Source: a virus
Taxonomy: Duplodnaviria; Heunggongvirae; Uroviricota; Caudoviricetes
Reading direction: 5' to 3' (one strand)
Virus record (IMG/VR): IMGVR_UViG_3300026549_002453
DNA: 64,000 nt
The position numbers and the translations under genes are program-made. Below, piece by piece: positions 40,078 to 49,285 of this stretch (positions are counted from its first letter, which is position 1; each line of letters opens with the position of its first letter). Under the pieces are notes generated by a model, which had not been told where the DNA came from, did not search any database, and saw only the letters and a list, made by a program, of their open reading frames with translations.

Positions 40078-41043
40078 ATGAGAATTAATAACGTAAATTT
40101 TGATTGTACAATGGAAGAAGTACTAGAGAAACTCCAAACAGAGCTTAGGCATAGGGGTTCTCCTTTATTAGCCTCTTATAAAAGAAGTAAGGGATTTTTA
40201 ATGGTGCCCTGCGTTTATCACGGGAACGGGGTAGAAAATCATCCTAGCGCTGAATTTGCAGAGGATGGGTCTTTTTACTATTGTTTTACTTGTAAGGAAT
40301 CACACACTATTCCAGAAGTAATTACTGACTGTTTGCATGAAAATGGGTGGAATTGGCTTAGAAAAAATTTTCTCAATCACAGAGTTGTTGAAAGAAGTGT
40401 GGAATTTAACTTATCAAGAGGCAAGAAAATTAAAGATAAAAAAGAAACAGAAGAAAAATTAAAATATATAGATAAGTCAGAGTTGGACAAATATAGATAT
40501 ATCCATAAGTACCTTCTCAATCGGGGCATATCCAAAGAAATAATAAGGAAGTTTGACATAGGGTACGACAAGGAACAAGATTGCATAACGTTCCCCAATA
40601 AAGATGTGAACGGTAACATCTTATTTTTTGCAACCAGGCACACTAAGAAAAAGAGGTTCCATTATCCCCCGGGTGCTAAAAAGGTTGTCTATGGCCTTTA
40701 CGAAATAAAAAGGGAACTTAAAAAAGGTGCAAAGATAGATGAAATTTACTTAACAGAAAGTATGGTTGATGCTTTAACCATTTGGTCATGGGGAAAGTAC
40801 GCAGTGGCTCTTAATGGTACCGGAAACTCCAACCAAATAAAGGAATTAAATGAATTTCCTTGCAGAACATATGTCCTTGCCACCGATAATGATGACGCTG
40901 GGAAAAAAGCGAGAGATTTCCTAAAAAAGAATCTTAAAAATAAAATATTAAAGCAAATTAGCTACAAGTCTTACGGTGACTGCAAAGATATAAATGATAT
41001 GACAAAGGAACAGTTTGATAAGTGCAGGATTATTTGGGCGTAA
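40078..41043 (+). CDS. DNA primase (zinc finger + TOPRIM)
   Basis: CVYH...YYCFTC zinc-binding domain, YLLNRGI, LTESMVDAL, LATDNDDAG, KDIND. Confidence 0.9.
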   Translation: MRINNVNFDCTMEEVLEKLQTELRHRGSPLLASYKRSKGFLMVPCVYHGNGVENHPSAEFAEDGSFYYCFTCKESHTIPEVITDCLHENGWNWLRKNFLNHRVVERSVEFNLSRGKKIKDKKETEEKLKYIDKSELDKYRYIHKYLLNRGISKEIIRKFDIGYDKEQDCITFPNKDVNGNILFFATRHTKKKRFHYPPGAKKVVYGLYEIKRELKKGAKIDEIYLTESMVDALTIWSWGKYAVALNGTGNSNQIKELNEFPCRTYVLATDNDDAGKKARDFLKKNLKNKILKQISYKSYGDCKDINDMTKEQFDKCRIIWA

Positions 41044-41693
41044 ATAGAGAACAATTAAAGATTATTGCCTTAGTATCTATGCTTATCGACCATATTTCTG
41101 CTATATTTTTAGAATACGGTTCCATACTATATGACGCGGGGCGAAATATAGGGAGACTTTCTTTCCCTATATTTTTAGTATTGTTCATTTTTTCTTTTGA
41201 GCATGTTACTAATCATAAGAAGCATATTTTACTATTAACGGTTTCTGCTGTGGTATCAGAGTATTTTTATTTTGAGCTATTTAAACCTTATCACAACATT
41301 ATGATACAGTGGTTAATGATGTATATTTTATTTTTGGTGATTCAACATTTTGACGATAAAACTATGACTGTATCTGCCTGTTTTTTATTTGGAATTAGTT
41401 GCAGTTTATTAAAAATAGATTATGATATAATCCCTGCGGTGTGTATTATGATTTATTGGATATTAAAAAATAAACTTAGTAAGTTAGAGTTATCATTTAT
41501 AATTATTTCTTTTACTGCTTTATACACGATGCAACCTTGGTGTTTGTTCTCTGTTCCTTTATTTTGTGTATATAATGAAAAAGATTATACAAGATTAACT
41601 CCAAAATACCTGTATTACATTGTGTATCCTGCACATTTATCTGTATTTTGGTATTTGTCTCCGCTTGTACAAGGTCATATTGCTCTACAATAG
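41022..41693 (+). CDS. TraX-like membrane protein (acyltransferase-3 superfamily)
   Basis: LKIIALVSMLIDH, IGRLSFPIF, FELF...NIM, DY, YIVYPAHL. Confidence 0.8.
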   Translation: MQDYLGVNREQLKIIALVSMLIDHISAIFLEYGSILYDAGRNIGRLSFPIFLVLFIFSFEHVTNHKKHILLLTVSAVVSEYFYFELFKPYHNIMIQWLMMYILFLVIQHFDDKTMTVSACFLFGISCSLLKIDYDIIPAVCIMIYWILKNKLSKLELSFIIISFTALYTMQPWCLFSVPLFCVYNEKDYTRLTPKYLYYIVYPAHLSVFWYLSPLVQGHIALQ

Positions 41694-42793
41694 AAAAACG
41701 TATTTTTACCTCCTATACAAAATTGTATAATCAGAGCATTTTCCGTTCTCTTATGCATCATAGTCCATGCATCCTGACCTGTTGAAGTAAACACTATGTC
41801 GGCAAAACTCTTACTTCTAGTCTGAGGTTGAACTCTTTCTATAACTTTGTAATCTTGATACTGATTTTTAGCATTCATCAATCTTACTTTAGAGCCCACT
41901 TTTATTGTATTAATGTGACTCATTGCTCCTGGATTGTGCCCCGCTAAGTATTTAACTCCCTTAGTCATATCATCATTAGGATAACATATAATTTTTCCTG
42001 TGTCAATAATTGACTGTAGTTGAGTATACATTTGTTTAAGGCTCAGTACTGTAAATGTTTTTGGAGCTCCTCCGGGCAAGCTTAGATATTTAGCATGAAC
42101 ATCCTTTGAATTGGATGGTAACTTGATTTCTGGCCTTTTAATAGTTAATCCTTTCGTATCCCATGAACTTGTATAATACCTTTTATTTTTAGTTGTACAT
42201 CTCACTGAATATGTATATATTACTCCTGCTTGAGCTGTCTTGTCAATGTAGGATGTTGATGTTGTGTCTGTTATCTGGTACCATACACTACTTCCATTAG
42301 TTTTTCTAAATATCCTATAATTTTCAGCCTTGTTTACTTTATTCCAAGTAACTTGAATTCCGTTTGACACATTGGCAACCTTCTTCAATTTGGGCTCTGT
42401 AACTGGAGTAATGGTTATAGAGGCAGATAGGGGACTAGTATAAGACTTACCAGATTTATTTACACATCTAACAGCATACGTATACTTATTACCCGCTTTT
42501 GCTGTTAAATCAGTATAAGCAGTAAATGCAGTATCCGTGAGCTTTTTCCATGGACCTCCGTTAGTTTTTCTAAATACTCTATATTTTTCTGCCTTACTAA
42601 CGTTGTTCCAATATATGGATGCCTGATTTTGTTTATTGACCGTCAAACTTGATAATTTTGGAGCACTCACTTTTGTAACTACTGCAGCCTTTATAGCTGG
42701 TGTTGAAATTATCTCTTTAGTTTCAGCAAATGCACCAAGGGTTGACGAAAACATTAATAACCCAATAATTAATAATGATAATAATTTTTTCAT
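41675..42793 (-). CDS. secreted protein: two fibronectin-III-like repeats + sortase-like domain
   Basis: Signal peptide; two W...YR(V/I)FRK...YTY.VRC repeats; C-terminal YLAGHNPG...IIQFC...R. Confidence 0.7.
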   Translation of the reverse strand: MKKLLSLLIIGLLMFSSTLGAFAETKEIISTPAIKAAVVTKVSAPKLSSLTVNKQNQASIYWNNVSKAEKYRVFRKTNGGPWKKLTDTAFTAYTDLTAKAGNKYTYAVRCVNKSGKSYTSPLSASITITPVTEPKLKKVANVSNGIQVTWNKVNKAENYRIFRKTNGSSVWYQITDTTSTSYIDKTAQAGVIYTYSVRCTTKNKRYYTSSWDTKGLTIKRPEIKLPSNSKDVHAKYLSLPGGAPKTFTVLSLKQMYTQLQSIIDTGKIICYPNDDMTKGVKYLAGHNPGAMSHINTIKVGSKVRLMNAKNQYQDYKVIERVQPQTRSKSFADIVFTSTGQDAWTMMHKRTENALIIQFCIGGKNTFFYCRAI

Positions 42794-42808
42794 ATTTTCT
42801 CTCCTTTT

Positions 42809-43807
42809 TTATACCGCCCTACAATACCAAAGATTGTTTTGACCATTAATACAAAATTGGATAATTAGAGCATTTTCCGTCCCCCTCGTTAACATTGTCC
42901 AAGCATCATAACCTGAAGTAGAGAAGTATGCATCTGCAAAACTACCTGAAACATTCTGCAATCTTTCTATTACTTCGTAATCTTGATAGATGGCATCATT
43001 ACTAAATCTAACTTTAGAGCCAATCTTTATACTATTAATATGACTCATAACCCCAGGATTATGCCCAGCGAGATACTTGACTCCTTGGGTCATATCACAA
43101 CTCGGGTAACATATAAGATTACCCGCATCTATAATACCTTGAAGTTTATTTATGTCCATAAGAGTATCGTTACCTATTACTGTTATTTCCCTTCTAGTGT
43201 TATTAGGAAGTCCCAAATACTTACCAGTTACATCGGAAACATATTCAAACGTTGGTTCCAACGGGGCAAAGGTTATTTCTACTCCGTCTACTGATGACTC
43301 AGCTACCGCCGCGTCAATTGTCAGTACCTCATTGTTTTTCAATGCTTCAAGTTGTTCTGGAGTAAGTTCTGTGTCGCTTACTTCTGGGGATGTAATTTCA
43401 CCCTCATATATTTCTTGAGACTGAGTTTCTTCTGGATATTGTATTTCAAACTCTGTTTCTGTTAATTCATAAGTTGGACTTCCTTCTATGGAGTCTACTT
43501 CAAGTTCTTGAGCGATTGGCTCTTCAAGGACCTTTTCAATAACGGACTCTTGTTGAACAGGCTCCTCTATTATCTGAGCAACACTATTACTTTCTATCTT
43601 ATTTTCATTATCTTGGTTAGATGGATTAACAACCTTTATTGGTTCTTCTACTTTTACTTGTTTATTGGTTGTGGGATTAATGATATCTGGTTCATTAATT
43701 TTCGTATCATAACCTTGTGCATAAGAGGTTCCCTGTAAATTTAAGACTACACCTCCTACACATAATAGACATAATAGTACTATTATAATTACTATTTTCC
43801 TTTTCAT
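42809..43807 (-). CDS. membrane-anchored protein: acidic stalk + sortase-like domain
   Basis: N-terminal TM helix, E-rich linker, C-terminal YLAGHNPG...IIQFC...R closely similar to the neighbour. Confidence 0.7.
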   Translation of the reverse strand: MKRKIVIIIVLLCLLCVGGVVLNLQGTSYAQGYDTKINEPDIINPTTNKQVKVEEPIKVVNPSNQDNENKIESNSVAQIIEEPVQQESVIEKVLEEPIAQELEVDSIEGSPTYELTETEFEIQYPEETQSQEIYEGEITSPEVSDTELTPEQLEALKNNEVLTIDAAVAESSVDGVEITFAPLEPTFEYVSDVTGKYLGLPNNTRREITVIGNDTLMDINKLQGIIDAGNLICYPSCDMTQGVKYLAGHNPGVMSHINSIKIGSKVRFSNDAIYQDYEVIERLQNVSGSFADAYFSTSGYDAWTMLTRGTENALIIQFCINGQNNLWYCRAV

Positions 43808-43853
43808 ATCTAATTTCTCCTTTTAAAACTAATTTCCCCTCTTACAGCTGATG

Positions 43854-43940
43854 TAGAAGCACTTCAGTAGCACTTTCTTATAATTAAATACTTTTATAGT
43901 GGCACTTTAGTGGCGCTTCAGTTGCAGTTCAGTAGCACTT
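43854..43940. repeat. six 11-bp direct repeats (consensus YAGTDGCACTT) in two in-phase arrays
   Basis: Copies start at 43854, 43865, 43897, 43908, 43919, 43930. Confidence 0.85.
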
Positions 43941-43982
43941 ACTTATATGGAAGGGAGCACCTAAGACCAATCCAAAAATTTA

Positions 43983-44011
43983 ATTACAGGTAATAAATTT
44001 TATGATAAAAT
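43983..44011 (+). promoter_or_regulatory. phage promoter (ATTACA-N17-TAAAAT)
   Basis: Variant consensus upstream of 44037. Confidence 0.55.
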
Positions 44012-44036
44012 ATATCCCATTGGAGGTATATTTACT

Positions 44037-44717
44037 ATGAAAAGAAAAAATGAACAATGGAAATTATATAAGGTTACTTTTGCGGTACTGGTTGTACTAT
44101 TGGGATTACTCTCTTCTATTGCCTATACAAATGCAAAAGCAGAGTCCAATTATAAGGAAGTACTTGATGATGTTACTGAAGCAGTAAAAAGTGTAAGGGA
44201 GATTACCTCAGAAATATCAAAGCAAGGAGTTATTTCTGAAGTGGAACCAGCTGTAATAGGAGATGTAGAAGATAATAATGAAACCGAAGAAGTTTTAGAA
44301 GAACCTTTAGAAGAATACAGCGAGGAAGTTTATTCCATTGATGAATACTCAGATGAAATATACGAAGAACCTTTAGAGGAATACTATGAAGAAGAATATG
44401 TAGAGGAAGCTCAGGAAGAAGAGATATACGAAACGTACACCACCACTTATTCCCCAGAATATCTAAGAACTATGGGGGTAGTATATGATGGTGGCTTTAG
44501 ATATACCTGGTATAGCGAGAGGGTTCTCCCCGGTGGCGGGTTAAATATTCCAGGTCGTTGGAGCGATGGAAATTTTGTTAGAGATGAAAATGGATATATC
44601 TGTGTAGCCTCAGAGGACTTTGAGAAGGGAACAGTATTAGATACTCCATGGGGAGCATCAAAAGTCTATGACTGTGGATGTGCTCACGGAACTATAGATA
44701 TGTATGTTTCTTGGTAA
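44037..44717 (+). CDS. exported protein with acidic linker and C-terminal 3D-like domain
   Basis: N-terminal TM/signal; ICVAS...GTVLDTPWG...VYDCG...TIDMY resembles 3D-domain Asp motifs. Confidence 0.55.
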   Translation: MKRKNEQWKLYKVTFAVLVVLLGLLSSIAYTNAKAESNYKEVLDDVTEAVKSVREITSEISKQGVISEVEPAVIGDVEDNNETEEVLEEPLEEYSEEVYSIDEYSDEIYEEPLEEYYEEEYVEEAQEEEIYETYTTTYSPEYLRTMGVVYDGGFRYTWYSERVLPGGGLNIPGRWSDGNFVRDENGYICVASEDFEKGTVLDTPWGASKVYDCGCAHGTIDMYVSW

Positions 44718-44726
44718 TATATAGAA

Positions 44727-44762
44727 ATAAGATACACTTGTAACTTTGCAAGTGTATCTTAT
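44727..44762. terminator. 14-bp perfect hairpin, probable intrinsic terminator
   Basis: ATAAGATACACTTG / CAAGTGTATCTTAT. Confidence 0.65.
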
Positions 44763-44780
44763 ATTTGTAAGGAGAGAAAT

Positions 44781-45119
44781 ATGAACAGCACTAAACTAAA
44801 AATAGGGAATCTTATTTGGACAGTAAAGAAAGTAACAGAGAACAATAAAAATCTTATTGTTGATGATATCCCTTGTTATGGGGTATGCTATCCAGACAGT
44901 CTCGAAATTTATATAAGAGGAGACGGGTTAAACAAACAACTATATGTGTCTTATCTTATACACGAACTTACTCATGCCTATATATTTTCCCTTGGTTTTA
45001 CTTATCGTATGAATAAGAAATTTGATGAAGAAGAAGTTTGTTATTTTATGCAATACCATGCCAATGAAATATTAGACAGTGCAAATTATTGTTATAGAAA
45101 ACTTTTTCATAATAATTGA
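44781..45119 (+). CDS. HExxH metallopeptidase-like protein
   Basis: LIHELTHA...EEVC. Confidence 0.65.
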   Translation: MNSTKLKIGNLIWTVKKVTENNKNLIVDDIPCYGVCYPDSLEIYIRGDGLNKQLYVSYLIHELTHAYIFSLGFTYRMNKKFDEEEVCYFMQYHANEILDSANYCYRKLFHNN

Positions 45120-45128
45120 AAATTTTTA

Positions 45129-45157
45129 TTTACAGAATGCATTTTATATGATATAAT
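45129..45157 (+). promoter_or_regulatory. phage promoter (TTTACA-N17-TATAAT)
   Basis: Consensus match. Confidence 0.75.
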
Positions 45158-45354
45158 GTATATGTAAACAAAGAGGGCAGAATATAACAAAACGTTTGAC
45201 AACGGATAAGATGAGTTGGTCACTTTAACATCTACCTAAAAAAGGAGAAACAAATGCTATTTGAAATTTTTAGATATAGTTTAGCAATAGCATCAATGCC
45301 TTATGTTTACTACCTATATGTGAAGGTAGTACTGGCATTATTTAATGAGTAAAA

Positions 45355-45765
45355 ATGAACATTCTAAAAGGAATAAATAAAGCAAAAGAAGAAAGTAAGA
45401 AGAGCACCTATAAAGCTAAAGTGTCTCAACATCTTGGATGTGCTATATATTACAAAGGTAATCTTCTTGCTGTAGGACATAATTCAGATAAAACACATCC
45501 TCTACAACATTCATATAACAATGAGAGATATGATGATGAAAAGTGTCCACCAAAAATCCATGCAGAAATCATGGCACTAAGTAAAATAAAATACTTAGAT
45601 GTAGATTTTAATAAAATAGAAGTATTTGTATATAGAGAAACTTTTGATGGTACTTATGCAAATGCTAAACCGTGCGTCTCCTGTGAAAAGTGTATGAGAG
45701 ATATGGGAATAAGAAAAATACACTACACAGGAAATAAGAGTATAGTTAGTGAAAGATATATGTAA
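45355..45765 (+). CDS. cytidine/dCMP deaminase-fold protein
   Basis: HLGCAI, IHAE, AKPCVSC zinc motifs. Confidence 0.85.
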   Translation: MNILKGINKAKEESKKSTYKAKVSQHLGCAIYYKGNLLAVGHNSDKTHPLQHSYNNERYDDEKCPPKIHAEIMALSKIKYLDVDFNKIEVFVYRETFDGTYANAKPCVSCEKCMRDMGIRKIHYTGNKSIVSERYM

Positions 45766-45936
45766 GGAGAATAATAAGAATGGAAAATTTTGAAAGAGAA
45801 ATGCTAATGCTCCAAATTAGAAATCTTCAGGAGCAAGTGAGAGTTTTAAGAAAAGAAAAAGAAGAACTCATGCAGAGAGTGAATAACTTGGAACAGGCAA
45901 TTAACATGATTCTTCAGAATGAGGGTATGATAGATT

Positions 45937-47140
45937 ATGGAGAATAAAGATTATAAAAAACAAGTAAGGAACCACTATATTCTATGTGGAATTATTATTG
46001 TGGTAGGTTTAATTTTTATGCTTTGCTTTACATTAGGAGTAAAAGCCAAATTACAAAAAACATTTGAAAAGGAAGTAACGTACATAGACACACCTATTGT
46101 AACCAATGTTCAAATGTGTTAGGAGGAAGGATGCTTTTATCTGATATCATTTATACGTTAGACAAAGAGATGGTAATTAAATTTTCAGAAACAACTTCTG
46201 ATATTGAACATACTCTAGACACCCTACCGTTAGATTGGTTGAATAGAACTATTGTTTTTATTACTAGGGAAAATGACGAAGACTTGGACGAAGAACCACT
46301 GGTTATCTATACAGTTAACAATGAGGAGTTAAAACAATGAGTAGGCCAGTTATAATTCAACTCATACAATGTATAGGTTCATTAACATTTATAGGTCTAT
46401 GCGTTATTTTTAGGTTAAACGGTAATGAAGGGGTTGCTAGTGCATTATATGGCGCTTCATTATTTTTTCTTATAGGTTTACCACTCTGCTATATAATATG
46501 GGATAGATTTTTTAAAAAAGGTAAGCATGAACGTAAAAAATAGTTTACACCTCTCATACTATGAGATATAATATTAATATAGAGTACGGGAGGTAACTAT
46601 GAATTTAAAATTGTTTGAAAAGAGTAAAGAATTATATATATCTTATGATAAGATATATAGGGATGCCAAGAGTATATATGAAAACTTATTTAAACTTGTT
46701 CTAGTATTATTATTTTTGATGTTTGGTTTTATAGGAAATGTTGAGGTTGACCCCAATGCGAGTATTAAGTTGGCAATTATGGAATGCAGTGCGTGCCTAG
46801 TTCTTTTGGGCATCTGTACCTATTTTATCAACAGGTATCAAGATATTGCAGAAGAATATAAAGACAAGGCGTCTAAAGAATATATGGAACTAATTGATTA
46901 ATAGCGGATAGGAGGAGAATTATGAGTAACCCAATTAAACCTATATGGAAGGGTGAGATCCATCCTGACCACATGATGAAATGTAACGAAGCCCCCTATT
47001 GTCCGCAGTGTAATAAAGTAGCAGTAAGCGAAGACAACTATTATTACAATTATTGCCCGTGGTGTGGACAAGAGTTTGATTGGAGCGATATTAATTGGGA
47101 TGACCCCGGATTTTGGGAGCCTCCTAAATTTGTAAAGTAA
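45937..47140 (+). other. run of small CDS (45937-46122, 46131-46340, 46337-46543, 46599-46901, 46922-47140), several membrane proteins; internal promoter TTTACA 46544 / TATAAT 46567
   Basis: Co-oriented ORFs with RBSs; TM segments; last has CPQC...CPWC. Confidence 0.6.
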
Positions 47141-47160
47141 CTAGTATAAGGAAGTGTACG

Positions 47161-47826
47161 ATGCATAAAGTAAAAACAAATGCAAAAACACCTTGGTACA
47201 GTGGTAATAACAGACCAATCGTATTGTTAGATATGGACGATGTTATTACCAATACGTTGAGGAGTGCGGTGAAGAACTTTAATGAAGAACACGGCACCAA
47301 CTTTAATTATAAAGATTGTAATACTTGGAACCTTGAAGATTTCTTGGGAGTAGATACTGCTACAGTATTGTCATTATTTAGAGATGAGGGGTTCTTTGAA
47401 AATCTCGAACCAAAGAGGGGTAGCATAAGAGCTATAAATAAACTTATAAAATCTACTTTGTATGACATATACATAGTGACCGCAACCAGCGATGATGATG
47501 GCAGCGAATTGGTAGAAAAAATTAGATGGTTTAAAAAATATATACCAAACTTTAATACCAAGAGAATTATCAGTTGCAGAGATAAATATATTATAAGGGG
47601 AGACGTACTGGTAGATGATAAGGTAGACAACTTAGATGAATGCCGACCCTATATGCAGTGTATCTTAATGGACAGTCCTACTAATAAGGAGTGTAATACA
47701 TATATTCGTATTCGTAGTTTGAGTTCCCTCCCCGACCTTCTTGAGAGAATGTTTTACAGCGAGGATGGAATAAGAGAATTCGAAAAACGAGAACAGGACC
47801 AACTTATTCAAGAAACTAATAATTAA
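47161..47826 (+). CDS. 5'(3')-deoxyribonucleotidase (HAD, NT5C-like)
   Basis: LLDMDDVI, IVTAT, KIRWFKKY, LVDDKVDN. Confidence 0.88.
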   Translation: MHKVKTNAKTPWYSGNNRPIVLLDMDDVITNTLRSAVKNFNEEHGTNFNYKDCNTWNLEDFLGVDTATVLSLFRDEGFFENLEPKRGSIRAINKLIKSTLYDIYIVTATSDDDGSELVEKIRWFKKYIPNFNTKRIISCRDKYIIRGDVLVDDKVDNLDECRPYMQCILMDSPTNKECNTYIRIRSLSSLPDLLERMFYSEDGIREFEKREQDQLIQETNN

Positions 47827-48047
47827 AAGGAGAAAACTATGACTATACATACTTTAGAAGATTTCTATACTCAACTAGACCTTAAGTTTGACAAGGCTGA
47901 TGCTCAGTGGATAAAGAGTTATATAGAACAAAAAGATAAAAAGATTGAAGAATTAGAAGAATATATACAAGGAGTACAAGCCAGACTAGCAGATCTAAGG
48001 TAACTGTTTACAATTGTTAGTCAAGTACTAGTTCACATAAAAATATA

Positions 48048-48076
48048 TTTAGTAATATATTAAAATATGATATAAT
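48048..48076 (+). promoter_or_regulatory. promoter for the RNA island (TTTAGT-N17-TATAAT)
   Basis: Extended -10 TGATATAAT upstream of the ncRNA and tRNA-Leu. Confidence 0.6.
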
Positions 48077-48104
48077 ATATATGAACCAAATTTCTCCTTT
48101 CAAA

Positions 48105-48350
48105 GTATGTGAAATTCATAACGCTACACCGTGATAGTCGGTACAGAATTAATAAGAGCGCGGTTACTCAGCCTAAACACTCCGCAGATGGACGGCAACG
48201 CAAGAAGCGAGGTCTATAAAGACCGGGTAAGACCTATAAAGTTGAATCCAATCACGCGCTATATAAATAGTAAGGCAAAGACAACTCACAGCCTTTGAGA
48301 ATCACGTGGAATTCGTATTCAAGTGAGTGTGGACGGAGCGAAGGCAAAAA
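48105..48350 (+). ncRNA. candidate structured ncRNA, family unassigned
   Basis: ORF-free and GC-richer than flanks; helices AGCGCG/CGCGCT, TTACTC/GGGTAA, GGTCT/AGACC, AAGGC/GCCTT, ACCG/CGGT. Confidence 0.55.
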
Positions 48351-48357
48351 CAAATAT

Positions 48358-48446
48358 GCCGTTGTGGTGAAATTGGCAGACACAAGGGACTTAAAATCCC
48401 TCGATTGAAACATATCGTGCTGGTTCGAGTCCAGTCAGCGGCACCA
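48358..48446 (+). tRNA. tRNA-Leu (UAA)
   Basis: Cloverleaf; AGGGA-CTTAAAA-TCCCT anticodon arm, long variable arm, TTCGAGT T-loop, encoded CCA. Confidence 0.95.
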
Positions 48447-48535
48447 TAGACTAAAATAAGTCTAAATAAACTTATGGTGGTGGAAGTTTAGAAATTTTTT
48501 CAAATCACTATTTCTCCTTTTATATAGAGGTAATA

Positions 48536-49044
48536 ATGAGAAAGTTTTTAAATTACTATAAAGAAATAGTTGCCGAATTTATCTATGATGACAGAACAAT
48601 ATATCTTTTAACAGTACTAACCATTATATTTATTATGTTAGGCACATTTATAACTATTTCTGTCGGGTTTATTACAGCCTTATATGTAATTTTATCAACA
48701 TTGATAACTATGTCGGGATTAATTCTTATAGTTATACCTATATCAATGTTTATTGCTGACAGCATTATTGAATATAGGGACAGTAAAATTAAGGAAAAAG
48801 AACCAGAAGTATTTGATATAGAAGAATTATTATGAAAGTATATTTCTTAGATAGTTATGATAATAAAAGAGAAATTGCGGAAGTACAAACTACAAAAGAA
48901 GTTTGGTCTGTAATAAATAAATTCCTAGAAGAAAGAAATTATAAATCATACTATACAAGAATGTGGTATAAAGATAATATGACTTGGATAGATGTTGGTA
49001 GTCACAGTGAATTCTTTCTTGTAGATGAAGATATTGTTAATTAA
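48536..49044 (+). other. two small CDS inside the tRNA island (48536-48835 membrane protein, 48832-49044)
   Basis: GAGGT RBS; ATGA overlap. Confidence 0.6.
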
Positions 49045-49047
49045 AAA

Positions 49048-49285
49048 TAAGTGGTGGCGGAATAGGTAGACGCTAATAGGAGAAGATGCAGGAGTCCGTT
49101 AGCTTCAAAGGGTCTAATGGCTGGTATTGCGTTACGAGGGATAGACGAAACGAAGTTAAGTAGTTCGTGATACTTTAACGGAAACGTAACCCTCGGACAG
49201 CCCAACGAAAAACCAGACAACGAGGCGTCCACGAAACGCCTACAATGTCTCGACTTCATGTAGGGTGCAAATCCCTACCCACTTA
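49048..49285 (+). ncRNA. tRNA-like RNA with a ~186-nt multi-helix insert in place of the anticodon/variable arms
   Basis: TAAGTGG/CCACTTA acceptor-like stem, Leu/Ser-type D arm GCG-GAATAGGTAGA-CGC, T arm GTAGGG-TGCAAAT-CCCTAC; no CCA. Confidence 0.75.

Noticed and set aside
43854-43940. CRISPR array or DGR repeat
   Set aside because: Units are 11 bp and directly abutting with no spacers; no cas or reverse transcriptase gene in the window.
44250-44440. GAAGAA-rich periodicity as a DNA repeat element
   Set aside because: Explained by a Glu-rich low-complexity protein linker.
49041-49259. 72-aa minus-strand ORF, and the 5' extension of the 49265 ORF
   Set aside because: They overlap the structured tRNA-like RNA; the downstream gene has its own RBS and ATG at 49316.
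49048-49285. tmRNA or group I intron-containing tRNA-Leu
   Set aside because: No G3-U70 pair, no CCA, no evident tag reading frame, no group I P/Q/R/S blocks, and the insert is too short.
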